This document shows positions 14,701 to 27,900 of a stretch of 64,000 bases of DNA, in pieces. Positions within the stretch are counted from its first letter, which is position 1. Each line of letters opens with the position of its first letter. The notes under the pieces were generated by a model. That model was not told where the DNA came from and did no database searches. It saw only the letters and a list, made by a program, of their open reading frames with translations. Both the position numbers and the translations under genes were made by a program. The stretch lies in assembly GCA_040954595.2 (NCBI GenBank), contig CM082594.2, forward strand, positions 9,428,296-9,492,295, in the 5' to 3' direction. Source of the stretch: Balanoglossus misakiensis. Its lineage: Eukaryota > Animalia > Hemichordata.

Positions 14701-17700
14701 AGAAGACAGTCTGTCCATAAAACAGAAAGCAGGCAGAAATTTGAATTATTTCTTGCTCGTTCTCAAGAGATATAATGCAGTGAGGGTTTTTGACTAAATG
14801 GGTGTTTCAACTTTAACATATGTTGACTGACTGGCTGGCGGTCTGTCTGACTGAAAGACGGATTGTCAATATCTCCCGTCATCACACTATTACGCGAAAA
14901 TGAAGCTAATTCCGCGACTCTCAGCCCAAATGATTGGATCAGCGCTTTGGGAGTAATCGCGCGTTTTACAAGAATCACGCCACTTCACAATCTGATGGAA
15001 TTCTACATGAAATAAAATGAAACAGATTTTTGAAATAGAGGCTTAAAACTTTACATCAAGGCGCATAAATACATTTGAATGACGTCGTACACTTGCGCAA
15101 TTTGCTTTTATTGCAGCCAAATGTGTGTTATCAAAGAGTGTGTGAATATTTGCAGGCCATCTGTTGTGTCGGATTGGTAAATATCTTATATGCAGGGTTA
15201 TCACTGTCGTACATTACAATAATTCGACGAGATTACCACATAGACATTTGATAGCTAATAGGGTGAGGTTGATTTTTGTGTCTAATGATTGGATTCATCA
15301 GTACATCTATTGATCTTTTCCCCCTAGGAGGCGCGATATCCAATCTGTATGCCGTGAACACGGCTCGCCACAAGGTGGTACCGGAATGCAAAGCCCGGGG
15401 AATGCAAGCGGCGCCTAGATTGGTGATGTTCGCCTCGGAACATGTAAGCACAGACACTGATATAAAATGCACGATGCGTATATATTCACCGTTATATCTC
15501 AACTATATATCTCAACTAGCAAGACAAATAAAAAGAAGAAGCAATAGACCACGGCAGTAGACAGTGCGTGTAATAGACCTCCGACTCGCACAGTCGACAA
15601 TTTCTCTCTATAGTAACTTTCTCAACAACTGTGTAATCAATGAAGCGTAGCATTCCAACCAAAGGCATTTGATTTATGAGAATTGCTGCATTTAAACATG
15701 TATGAATGTGTATATGTATGTATGAATGTGTGTATGTATGTATGAATGTGTGTATATATGTATGTATGTATGAATGTGTGTATGTATGTATGTATGAATG
15801 TGTGTATATATGTATGTATGAATGTGTGTATATATGTATGTATGAATGTGTGTATATATGTATGTATGAATGTGTGTATATATGTATGTATGTAGCTTGA
15901 AAACCTGTTCTCGAATGTGATGACTCAAGGCAGACAAATGAACATATCAAAACAACGTCCTTTGTTGTCATTCCTAAATGGTGTTTTTTTTTCACTTATT
16001 CTTTCAGAGCCATTACTCTCTACGGGGAGCTGCCGGCACGCTCGGTATTGGCACAGATAACGTCATACCTATACGCTGTGACGAAAGGTAGTTGAAACAT
16101 TTTACAAAATGTAGTTCACTCAGGAGAATGTTACTGTGGGATACATTTTCAAAGAAATGAAAGCTCTTATTGTATCAAAGTTTTATGAAACAAAAGGTGT
16201 TGACAGGTGGCTACAAATGACATCATAAAAATGGCCGACTTGTTACCAAGTAATGGATGTGATAAAATATTATGACGTGAAATTTATTAGAAACGAAATG
16301 TTCGTCAGGTCATCATTAGAATTCGCAAAGTTGGCTCCTTGCTGATTTTAGAATACATCCCACGTATTGTCAAAGAGCATCTGTTTCTCGTAATTGCAGC
16401 GGTGCCCATCATGATAGGAAATGGAAGTGGACCATTCCATTCAAGCAAAGGGGGTCCAGGCACCCCCTTCCCCTATATGCAAGCGACATTCTCTCCAGTT
16501 TACATCTATATGGTCAATGCTAAAGTTGATCCTAGAATTTCTTATGGCAACTGCGCTTTAAAAAAAATCAAGCTTGGGTAAAAAAAAGTTGACAGGAAGC
16601 TATGCTGGAAAACATGGATATTGACTTAACATTTCTGTGAGGTCTTCTCATAGAATATCTGCTATCTCAGTCCATTAACTGGAATTATATTTTACAATGA
16701 CCTTTGACATGGGATGACTTTTTAGGAACATTTGCGGTTTATGATATCCTATCATCGGAAAAAACAACCAAACGACAATTAAGATATTATAGGCACACAT
16801 CTGCAGAGATTAAGTAGCCGGATAGTGACATTTTGTTGTATCAAAATATCTGCAACGGCCAGCATTATCTTTAACATCAATTATCTGCTTGGGTGAACCT
16901 AGCGTAACCTTAATCTTATCAGGGCTTTTACCAGTCTAGACCCAGGTTAAGTTAAACTGAAACACAATAATGGGTCACGTGTGATCTTACAGTTCTGTTT
17001 TTGTCCGTTTCATCATATTAGAGGGAAGATGATGCCGGCTGATCTTGTGAGGAAAATACAACAGGCTAAAGCACGGGTAAGGAGAAATCATGATATTAAG
17101 TGACCTTTCTTTTAAGACAGAATGCAAAAACAGTGAACATTCTCCAGGTCTCCCTATGTGTTAACTGTAAGCTCAAAGGAAATCGATGGTAACCATTGCC
17201 ACCTGTAGGATTTTTTAAAAATAATCCCATATAGTCAACCAGAATTTCCAGATGGTGGATGTCGACTAGTAATAGTCGTGCTAATGTTTCTCACAGCAAA
17301 TTTGATAGTATGAATAACTATTTTTGTCAAAGTTGTATATGAACGAACGAAGGAACTAGACAATACTAGGAAGTATACTGTTACAGTGTTATAACTCCCC
17401 CTTTTGCCTCTTTTCACCCAACAGGGAGACACTCCATTTTTCGTGAGTGCCACTGCTGGTACAACTGTACTGGGTGCTTTTGACCCCCTGCATTCTATAG
17501 CTGATGTCTGTGAAAAATACAAGATATGGATGCATGTCGATGTAAGTCACTTGCCATCATGTATTGACCCATGTAGAATGTTACTTGTCTTGCCATCGAT
17601 ATCAAAACTGCATCTTACTCCACTGTGCAACAAAAGTATCATCTGCCACAACAACTTCACAGATCTGCATCGATTTTTGAAGTGGCACTCAGGCAGAGTT

Positions 17701-20700
17701 GATACTTGAGAGTTATGAATTGCCACTACACTGCTGTCTCTAAAATGATACATGGTCTTGTTTGTGGGTGTGCACACACACATTTGTAGGGCAAGTGAAA
17801 TACAAGTGTGTGGGTGGATATACCGATCGATGCGGTTAACTAAAACTACAATCCTCTCTTCTCTCAAGGCCGCCTGGGGAGGAGGAGCTCTTCTTTCGAA
17901 GAAACACAAAACCCTTCTTGAAGGAATCGAAAGGTTTGTATAGACGATTTTACATACTTTGAGGATGCTTGTTTCAAATACTGTGGTATTTATGATATAG
18001 CAAACACAAATAACAAAACTTTGGCTGATACTGGCCCTGGAAACCATCAGGACATATAATCCACTGGACACTTTACCACTGGGACATAGGGTTGTGGTCA
18101 GTGTTCAGTGGATAAAAGTTGGGAGGGGCGCTGTCCTATAACCTAACAGGCACAAGAGAAGACAAGTACGGTGAGAGTCATAGGTTTTTTGTTTTCCCCT
18201 CCACAGGGCAGACTCGGTCACATGGAATCCTCACAAACTTATGGGTGTGCTGCTACAGTGCTCAGCTTTGCTGCTCAAACATGACGTAAGTGACACAACG
18301 CAAGCAGTTGGACCACCATGATACCTGGCACAGAAATCCAATATTTGTGTTCTTTACTAGAAGACGCATGAGATGACATTCTAGCAAATGACATAAACTT
18401 CTGATGATTCGAACTATTGATAATCTAACATTAAATTTATTCTTTGATTTCGCGTCCCGTCGTTTTACATGTGACAGAAGACCAGAAACAAAGCAAATGT
18501 CAAATCGAAATGATATTTCGTTTCCAACTTAATCATTCCCTCCTGCACAATTATTGCAAATCTAATCCGATTGAACTGACTATTTTTCCCAGGGACTCCT
18601 CGAAAGCTGCAATGCATTGAATGCTGGGTACTTATTCCAGCAGGACAAAAATTACGACGTTTCGTACGACACAGGTGATAAAGCAATACAGTGCGGTCGC
18701 CACGTGGATGTCTTCAAACTCTGGTTGATGTGGCGAGGAAAGGTATGTTTTTGCACAAACAAACATGCAAATAAAATGGTTTATCCTTCATGCAGACATA
18801 ATGGCACACGATATACATAGAATGAGAAAGAGACGGGAAACGAATGTTCGTCATTGAGACAGAAATACCGACTCCAGAAATCACGTCATCGTGCAAATTA
18901 CTACTTCTCTCCTGGCATGCATTCATCACAAGCTGCGGGGTGATCAAACTTGCGACGTTAATTTTTCACATTATCGCCGCTTCTCGTCGTGCGAATTACC
19001 GCCAGTTTTCATATCGTACGTGCCATATCGCAAATTGAACCTAAAACTAATTTGACAAGCCTTGGGATGAGTAGTTGGTCGTCTTGACAACGCCGACTCG
19101 GTAACAATGATGCAGATCTTGGATACTAACACTTTGAAATAATTCGGGAGAAAACCCTTCAGATCGCTCATTGAACCTCAAAATGGAAACTGCAGCCGCG
19201 TCAATTAAGGGTGCACAATGCACGCAAACATCTTGTGAACCGTTCAACAAAGAATCGTGTGTGTATTTGTTGTTTTTCTTACAAACTTATGTGATTTCTA
19301 ACAATAATTACACTGCCTGGTGCAACCCCAAACCCAGAAACAAAGTAGAAGATTTCGATATACAAATTGAAAGAAAAATTGCTGATTTCTGCGGACTTTC
19401 GCTTGTCGTTAATGGTCAGAAGGACGTCAGTAGCTTGCATAGTGAATTAATGGGCGGGAAACGAGCCCACACAATCCCATTTAATGTATATCTACATCCT
19501 ACAAAGATTTGTTAATTGACAATGGAGTGCAGTATTTGCAAAACCTGTAAAAGGTTACATCCGCCAGCTATACTGTATCGCATTGCACGCAAGACTGCTT
19601 CGATTGTGCATAAATGCAAAAGGGATTCAGTTCCTTAGATTGAGTTTCTTTTACTTCTGCGGAGATGTAGATTTCCAGATGTCGATATCTAGATAAGTGA
19701 ATACACTTATATTCATGTCAGACACGCACAAGGCCTTTGCTGTGATAGGATGATTCAAATGTATCCTTCAGCTGCAAGAAACATTAGTTCTGTAGTGCAC
19801 AAAGGCTAGCGGGTGTGCAAATTAACGAAGGTTGCAACCGATCGATTGTCGTTGGCTCCAGAATGTTGACTACAGCAGGGTTGTCTATCTTTCTAAAGTT
19901 GACTGATTTGTTTCTTCTATTATTAAAATAATAGTTTGCGAGGGTATTATCATTTGACAAAGCTTAATTAAGTGGTTTAATCCATAGACCAGTCTATGTT
20001 TAATCATTTAACATATTACCCATTAAAACAATGTTGTATTTTACTTTCAGGGCAATGCTGGATTAGAAATGCAAATGAACACGGTGTATGATATGGCAAA
20101 GTAAGTTTTAAAAATATATTAAATCAAAACTAATTGTAATATTTAGTTATTCTTTCGACTATTAGTATCCATTCATCAACATTAATTTATCCCAGTTCAT
20201 ACTATGTGTAAGTCGTGGATAAAAATGATATTTGTTTACATTTCAGATACTTCTATGAGAAAATCAAGGACAGGGAAGACTTCGAGATGGTGTTGGATGA
20301 GGTTTGTATTTCAATTTAGATGTTCTTTCTGGAGTTTTTCCCTTTTTAAGTCTGATACCTCGAGGACTTGTACTTTTGCCCTACAACTGTAATAGCATAG
20401 TCCCCTGCCAAATCAATGACATACAAAAGTATTTACCGCGAATTACTGACAAGTTTCCCGCCATGTTAGCGAGTTTGTTCCCGCAAGCTTTACACAGCTA
20501 CATGTCCGCACACCCACTCACAGCCAGAACATGTTTTGAGCGCAATCTCCTACATGTATAGATCACGACTTGGTTTTGTAGACAAGGCAGTTCAACTCTG
20601 ATTGCAAGTCTTTCCTTTTTTCCAGCCTGAGTTCACCAATGTCTGCTTTTGGTACATCCCGCCAAGCCTTCAAAAAATGACGGATGAGAGGGAGAAAATG

Positions 20701-21299
20701 AGACGCTTACACAGAGTGAGTCCATCTCCTTATAAAAGCTGCATCCAATAAGATCTTGCCTCGAAATCATGCATTTTGTTCACTTTGTTCGTTCATTTTA
20801 CACCATCATAAACTATTTGCCCTTCAAAATGAAGTTCATGCAAACCGCAAATGGGTGCCTGTTATCTCAGTGTGATAATCACATGATTACGGTCGCCATT
20901 AGCGGACTAAAACCGCAAAGTCGACGTTGATTGGTTATTTAATTACAGCATATTTGCAAAACCTTGGAATTTTTTCCTGACAATATAAGTGCCCATTTTT
21001 TAAACATATAAATCTCAACAATCAACGTCAAGGCTATTTTCTGTCATTTCCTGCCATTTTCTCTGATTTTGCCGATTGTTTATGGGATTTTTTATGGCCG
21101 CGTATTTTTTCTCCTATAATTTTAGGTCGCGCCAATCATCAAGGCAAGAATGATGGAGTGCGGATCCACAATGGTTGGCTACCAACCGCTCGGTGACAAA
21201 GTCAACTTCTTCCGTCTTGTCATATCAAACCCCGCTGTCACATGTGCAGATTTAGACTTTCTGATTGGAGAAATAGTCCGTCTGGGGAATGACTTGTGA
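5726..21299 (+). CDS. GAD: Glutamate decarboxylase (GAD1/GAD2-type, PLP-dependent group II decarboxylase), 15 coding exons, ~555 aa
   Basis: Exons joined at GT-AG sites in frame: 5726-5933, 9736-9966, 12224-12314, 14029-14135, 15328-15443, 16008-16087, 17022-17076, 17425-17541, 17869-17933, 18207-18285, 18593-18742, 20051-20100, 20247-20301, 20626-20715, 21126-21299 (1668 nt, ends TGA). Motifs: [81 protein letters not shown] (PLP lysine), [42 protein letters not shown]...[20 protein letters not shown] and the N-terminal motif fit GAD better than CSAD/GADL1. Confidence 0.96.
9976..10071. mobile_element. ~96-bp fold-back mini-transposon (MITE-like) with poly-G/poly-C core and 9-bp target-site duplication
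   Basis: Terminal inverted repeats TAGCTGTGGT...ACCACAGCTA, inner inverted arms GCTGTACCGTTGG/CCAACAGTACAGC, and a G21/C13 core. Flanked by GTTAGTGTC (9967-9975) and GTTGGTGTC (10072-10080), which match at 8/9 positions. Confidence 0.7.
15698..15894. repeat. Compound (TATG/TGTG) micro/minisatellite, ~20-24-bp units like TATGTATGTATGAATGTGTGTATA
   Basis: Tandem array visible in GAD intron 5; it explains the spurious YIHIYTHS and VYICMYEC ORFs. Confidence 0.95.
19976..20005. mobile_element. Transposon footprint: TTTAATC-CATAGAC-CA-GTCTATG-TTTAATC (7-bp direct repeat around a 16-bp palindrome)
   Basis: Perfect 7-bp direct repeats (19976-19982, 19999-20005) flank inverted CATAGAC/GTCTATG ends. 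Superfamily assignment is inferred. Confidence 0.6.
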
Positions 21300-22854
21300 T
21301 TCCCTGACCGCCACGCCCAACGACAGGAAGACTCCAAGTACATGACTTGACATGCCCTGCTTGTAATTTAGTTTAGGTCGACGATAGTTGTTCCTCATCT
21401 ATAGGTCGTCTGTTTGTTTAAAAGCATCACAGCATGCAGTGGCGTGCTTCAAACATCGTCCACTACCAATGTGCTTTCTGTTTATGACTGTCGACACAAG
21501 AACATAGTGTAGCCTCGACGCGACTCTTTTTGGAACCACTTGAGCCAGCTAATCATTATGCACAATTCTGTGATCACGTGACTAGTGTCACTCGCCTCCC
21601 ACAGTTCCCTGATTACTGAATGTGTTCAAACGGGAATCCATTACATTTCCATGACAACAACACGAAGAGAACAACCACTGCCACAAGTATTGGGCTTTTG
21701 GTGACATGTTTTTATAAAAACCTGTAAAAGGGTATTAGGCCTTTGTTATGTCACGATCCGCGAAATCTTGCTTGATTCACATCTGTATGGAAACGCTATT
21801 CATAGTCACCAAAAGTTGAAGATTTTTAAAAAGTATCAAATGGCTAATAAGTGTTTGAACGTTAGAGTGTGTGTAAACTATGCACTGCAGACATGGAACC
21901 TTCAAGACAAGTCCAACCTCTTGGTTGTTTACTTTTTTGCAATAATGGTTCGTCGTTAATTACAAATTAAAACAACATCAGTCAAAAAGCAATATTAATA
22001 ACGGCAAATAATTCCTCTCGCACAGAAATATTTATTATTATTTAGATACAAGTCATAATTTGCCTCGATGTAATGCATATGTGTTGTAATTTTTGCCTAA
22101 ATTGTTCTGAATATGATCGATATACAAATATGCATTTACAAAATTTGTGAATTGAGCGGTGGCTTTGTTTACAAGTCATAAACTATGTTTAGCTATATTT
22201 ACTGGTCGCGACTGTTTACAATCGAGAGATATACGATTGTTTACAGTCTGTAATGATGACCTACCATTGTTTGGTAGATACATGGCTGTCCACAGCTGGT
22301 CTGTTTGTCTAAAGATGCCTCATACATTGCAGTCTATGATTTCCTGATAATGCCTATCGTTAGGCGAGAATGGCTAAGCATTGAAAATCTTGAAATATCC
22401 GCAGAAATGTATAAAATAATTACATGTGTTTGTCTATGATGGTTGATTACAGTCGCTAGATATGATTGTAGTCTTGTTTCATTAACACTCTGTAGCGTCT
22501 ATAGAAATGTAGATTATGATAACATTTAGTAAATTTATTTCAAGGATTTTGTTTAAAATCCAATGAACTGTAGCTAGCTAAATTATGTAAAGTGACGAGA
22601 ACAGCCGAGCCTTTGAAATTGATCACACTCTGGAAAAGGTCAGTGGCAGACGGGGCTGTTCCCCAGCCATAAAATGTAAATAGTGAAGCCCTACCATTGT
22701 TTGTAAAACACGTGAAATCTAAGGTAACTTCAGTGAATTATGAATGGAGGGAATTTAATGATGTATTTGTATCCTTTCAATTGCTGTTGTATCCATTGTA
22801 CATATGTATAGTAAGATACCAGAATCTATGTAGACAAATTGGGTGAATAATCTA

Positions 22855-22860
22855 AATAAA
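22855..22860 (+). other. Probable polyadenylation signal of GAD (3' UTR ~1.55 kb)
   Basis: AATAAA followed ~20 nt later by a GT/T-rich tract (gtgtttctgtgt). Confidence 0.5.
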
Positions 22861-23376
22861 TAAGAATGATAAACACAAGTGTTTCTGTGTATCATTTAAG
22901 TCATAGGTTGGGAACTGGCAGGTGTGGTTGAACAATCATGTCTATATGCAAGGTTCAATGACATCAGAAGCTGAGAATCCATGTTCATGTATTTCTTAGG
23001 CATAAGTTGATGAGGGATGCCAGCCAATGCCTAGCCGGTTTTCATCGCAACTTTCCCTCCTTCCTGATGAAGATAAGGATTAAGGGAACTGTAAATTGTG
23101 GCGTATCATTGTTTTTGTGAAGATGATTACTTCCACAGGTCACTACATTCTTGCGCATGCTTTCGATGTGTGCTCCCTCACTTGTAAAATCTCTCACAAT
23201 TGGGAAATAAAATTACCTTTCCCGTTTTGCCTATTTCTTTTGACGCTAAGGCGATTACACTACCCTGGGAAATCTAGACAAAGTATGGTGTTGGTCTAAG
23301 CATCATAGGTCATTTACACTGAGACACCGAACACTCATCAGGCCGATGACCAACTTGAATTTTTTCTTTCACATAC

Positions 23377-23423
23377 ATTTATTTATTTATTTATTTATTT
23401 ATTATTTATGTATTTATTTATTT
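23377..23423. repeat. (TTTA)n microsatellite
   Basis: Direct tandem TTTA array. Confidence 0.9.
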
Positions 23424-23771
23424 GCTAGACGGTAGAGAAGTTTAAGTGGTCGATGAGGGCGACATACATTATCCAAAGAAGATGGTCAATCATTCAGTAA
23501 ACTCAGTCGTTCCAGGGTGGTCATTCGAAATGATGGGATTAAGGGTGATGGTTGGCAGGTTCAAGAAAAAAATCGACACTTCTGATTGGCGTATTCTTAG
23601 TGCTTCGAAATGTAGATAAATCGGTCGAAGTGATATAAGAACCTTGGGATAAATGAATTCGACGTTGGCGGAGAGGTCTCAGTCACTCTGTTATACCAGA
23701 CCGTAGTTTAAAGCAAGTTCATATACATTTACATGTAGTTCAATTTGGCAGAGCTCGTTTGTGTGCTACAG

Positions 23772-24907
23772 GGTCGATGACCTAGTTGCATGGAAAACCT
23801 CGACTCTATTTAACACAATTCAGCGAAATCGTGTCTCTGTCCACACAGAACATCACCTTCAGGAATCAAAAATGAACAAAGGCGAAATGAAATTGAAAGA
23901 AGGCAAACTGCGAAAGAAAGAAATAATGGGCACGTCCAGACGCGATCCAAGATGATTCAGCAAAACGTCTTTATTTGTGTTCTCACGAATTCTACGGAAA
24001 TTAGAAAATGAACAAAGACAAGTTGACATTGAGAGAAAGCGAACGTCAGACATGAACTTGAAAAGTTTGACCACTGGGAAGCAAATGACGCTTACCTGCT
24101 TAGATGAAAGAATGAGATTACTATGGTTATTTTTTCATTCCCCGCATTTGGTGAGTATTATTTTTTTTTAATTAAAATACTTATGTTTCTCGGGTACACC
24201 TTGTGGAGATTGGTAAATTGGACTTAATAAAACTGTAATTGACTTTCCCCATCACGACAGTCACATGACCATGGCATGGTGGTGCCTGTTAGTTCTATTG
24301 AAGTGCTTCCCGACAAAGAGGAAAGGGAGGGTATAATGAAAGGCAGGGCCCCCAGGCCAATGACGAACACCGCATTCGCACCTTGATGCAAACCAGCAGG
24401 GCAGTGCACAGTGTTTGTGCTCGGGATAATTCGCGTGTTGATCATGCTGCATATATAACCACGCCAGGTTTGATCCATCACTGAGGTGAGAAAAACCCCG
24501 GCGACGGGAATTGGTGAACCGTGAGCCGAGAAAACTTCCCGAGGTAGCGGAAAAGGAATTTCGTACGAGTGCTCCGCATCAAATCCAAACTTTCGTATGT
24601 CGTCAGAAAAGAATAAAACGGTCTTTTCTGACTTTTATATGTGGATGACAGGATCTGGGTGAAACGAAGGCAAACGAGGACGGAGGAATTGATGTTAAAG
24701 GGAAACCACTTGAAGGCGACGGTGCGTGCTGGAATATAGTGAAGTAAGCATTATTTTATGTCAGACATTGACATTACACTTTAGTTGAGGGTTGGTATAA
24801 CTACCAGTGGGCTGCCTTATGCGGGTTGTGGTGAACATTGTGTATTGTATGTGTTTTCACACTTCTCCAGTATTCAAATCAATCAGTCTCCTTCACAAAT
24901 TGACTAA
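23772..24907 (+). pseudogene. Four-exon decayed gene or spliced lncRNA of unknown family
   Basis: Four AG...GT bounded segments with short introns: 23772-24150, 24261-24485, 24652-24743, 24871-24907. The last two read cleanly (DLGETKANEDGGIDVKGKPLEGDGACWNIVNIQINQSPSQID*). The first two have coding-like charged stretches broken by stops or frameshifts (e.g. TGA 23953-23955). Confidence 0.4.
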
Positions 24908-27900
24908 GCTTACTGTGTACTTTTTTAGGGATTTTCAATATTTTATATAAATCGCACATTTGCCTATTATTCTTTCGTAATATTAAGTTTTCAGCTCTCC
25001 TGCATGTGTGACTGTACTGCGCATATGCCAGGGCGCACACATTTTTGAGGCAACGTGAGGGTAGTGAAGGGTACCCATTATGCACCAGACAGATGCATGT
25101 TCATCACAAAGCACATAGCATCAACGCAGTCGAGTCACGGTCACCTTGAAAACGCGACCATGATTCATTGCAGAGACATTAGCAATTAAAACTCTTCATA
25201 AGCGTTGGGTGCTCCATAAAATGCCCGATTACAATAGGGCGCCGTGACAACAATAAACCGACGCGTTTAAGACTAACGGTGGACTGTTATATCCATTGAC
25301 ATCATGTCTTTCAAGTTCTCTCAGGGTCAACCACAGATCGACAGTGGGTGATTAACAAGAAAAAACCTCAAGGTTGTGTTTTTAATAAAACACAGAAGAC
25401 ATGTCTATCCTTCACGTTCGGGTTTTACTCATTCAAGTTTTGCTGAGTCATTCAAATTTAAAGCTGAATCACGAGAAACAAATGAATAATCTTTCCTAGC
25501 TCCATTGCACACTTCCAAAGCAAATAATTTGCTACAAAAAATGAAAGCTTTGTTATCTCTTCTTTTGGGAAATATTAAAAGTCATGTGTGCGAAACCAAA
25601 TGAGCGACTGCATGAAAGAACTTTGCTGAATCACAACGCATTTGATCGATCGAAATTTTATGTGGTTGCCCAGTTCAAAGTGAATCGGAAATGCCAATTT
25701 TTACAGTCCCTTGGTCACAAACGGAGCTCTAATGTCGTGGCAGTGTGTCTATCTGTCTATCTCTCGCCAAAGTCCCACAGAAGGGGGGGCGTAGTCTCAC
25801 CAGAAATGCTGTCGACATTTCAACTTCAATGGGGTGATAGCATCTATACCACTGTAACTTTTGGGGTTATTAAGCCGAGACTCCGAGAGGTGATAAAATT
25901 TACCTGCGACTATTGTCTTGAGGGGAAAACATTCGGCCTTTAAAAGTTATGAACGCTATTGAGTTCTGTCATTGTGGTGATTTGCATACCAAGCCTCCAA
26001 CTGGTGGATCATTTCGGTCACATCAAAATTGTTGTATAACGTCATCACCACAAGGTCAGTCTGCAAACGACATGACATTAACAATCACGAGAAAGACGAT
26101 ATTGCTTTGATGTCCAGAACACAGGGCCCGTAATTCAAAGGTAAAACAGAAAGAGTCTAGATTGTGTTGGCATAGTCTGTATTGCACGGGAGGTGGGGGC
26201 AAGTACAATGTATGTTAAAGTATATAATGTAGGCGCATGACTCCAGCTGTTAAAGGGACACTTGCAATATACTCTATCTGTAACTTTGGCAGCACGAAGT
26301 TGCAATACCACGTCAACGGTTCATCCGCAAAGCTCAAAAGTTTCACCGCGACGGGCATAACGAATGCAGTGTTTGCAAAAGCTCTGCACTCGCAGTCTCC
26401 CATACCAATGTCATTACAACAACGCGAAAAATGACGTCGACAGTTTAAGTACGATTCTAAAATCCAGGTTCGTAAAATGATACTGCCAGCGCCGGGTGAT
26501 CAAAGTGATATCGATCGTCATTTCATTGTGACGAGTTTGTTGCGAAGGAAAACATTCTAGATCATCCACAGACTATCGATGTGGCCTCTTCACAGACAGT
26601 CGACCTGTTTCTATCATTTGGGAGCTACTTCAACACACGCAACATTAACGTGAAAATGCCGCGCTAAATGACCCTGGAAACTTAGTAAAGTTGGTAAAAA
26701 AGTCAACCCAACGAGCTCTACTCGGACGATCTCGATAAGTCTCTTTTCTGTCATCAAAATATGAAGGTGGGTCACTTTTTCGCTTCTATCTCAAGCATAT
26801 TGTGGTTGTGTTACTTGTCGCGATCTTTACCACACTGCGTCGAGAAACATTTAAGTTAATATTATCGGAAAACGTGACGTTCTGCACAGGGCGTTGGCAT
26901 GACAACACATCTGCCCATCATATAAACATGTTTGATATCAGTGTTGCAATTTATTTGGTCAGTTACTACGCGTTTCAAAATGAGAAGTAGGGTTGGGCAC
27001 TTTTTGTAAGTAGTTTTCAAATATTGACAGTTCTCTCAACATTGTGGTTAGCGGGTTTCTGTTCTAAATCATTTAAATCGCAATAGCTTTGCTTTAATTA
27101 AACTTCTTTCGGCTAACAGGTGGGTTGGGCTAAGTGCTGTCTGGACATACATCTGTTGAACACTCGCGAAAACTAAGCAAAATATCAAACAGATTGAGAC
27201 TTCGGCCGACCAAACGTTGGCGGGTATTCTATATCGCCTGACTTTGCGTTTAAACTTCAATCTGTTTCTTGCCAAGGAAACGTACGAATTGCCAACAGAG
27301 TGAGTTGTATTGAACACCAAAGGTGAGGTAGCAGTATTTCCACACTTATGCCTTTCTTCCGAAAACGTTTCACAAATGATTTTCATTTAAGGTAGTCACG
27401 GATAAAATAGAATTAAATTGTTTCCACTTCCTTGAAATAAAAATGAAATTCACTCATTTTTGTTCTCATGACGCAGTCATATTAGTGCTATTCAAATAAC
27501 CGTGGGCGGGTGGTTACTTCCAATTTAGGTTAGTTCACTGTAATAATTTTATAGTTCATTTTAATTGGACGGGAACTTTGCATGTACTGGACAGTTAGAC
27601 ATTAAATTTTATGGATTACATAACAAGCGCTTAAAGAAATCGACGTCACGATTACAACCATTTTTGGAAGACCGGTAGAAGCGAATTGCAATCTCCACTT
27701 CGAACATATGTCACAGTGAAAACTCAGGCTTCTACAAACCTGTTCAAAATCTTGATTGATTGATTGGTCATCGAAACCGACGACTCAAGTTTTATACAGA
27801 ATGTTAACTTATACACTTTTTACACTTTTCCTTTCAAAAAGATAAGCGAGATTTCTCAGACGTCGAAATTTGTATAAGTACAACGAAAAGCAAATCGTTC

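Noticed and set aside
15516-15995. 159-aa His/Tyr-repeat ORF and overlapping ORFs
   Set aside because: Translation of the TATG/TGTG satellite inside a GAD intron.
23300-23350. CTGATGAG on the minus strand (also CTGATGA at 665 and 23064) as a hammerhead ribozyme core
   Set aside because: No stem II followed by GAAA and no closing stems could be built.
23953-23955. In-frame TGA in an otherwise open exon, considered as selenocysteine or readthrough
   Set aside because: No redox motif context, no SECIS recognised, and the next exon has further stops and frameshifts; decay is the simpler explanation.
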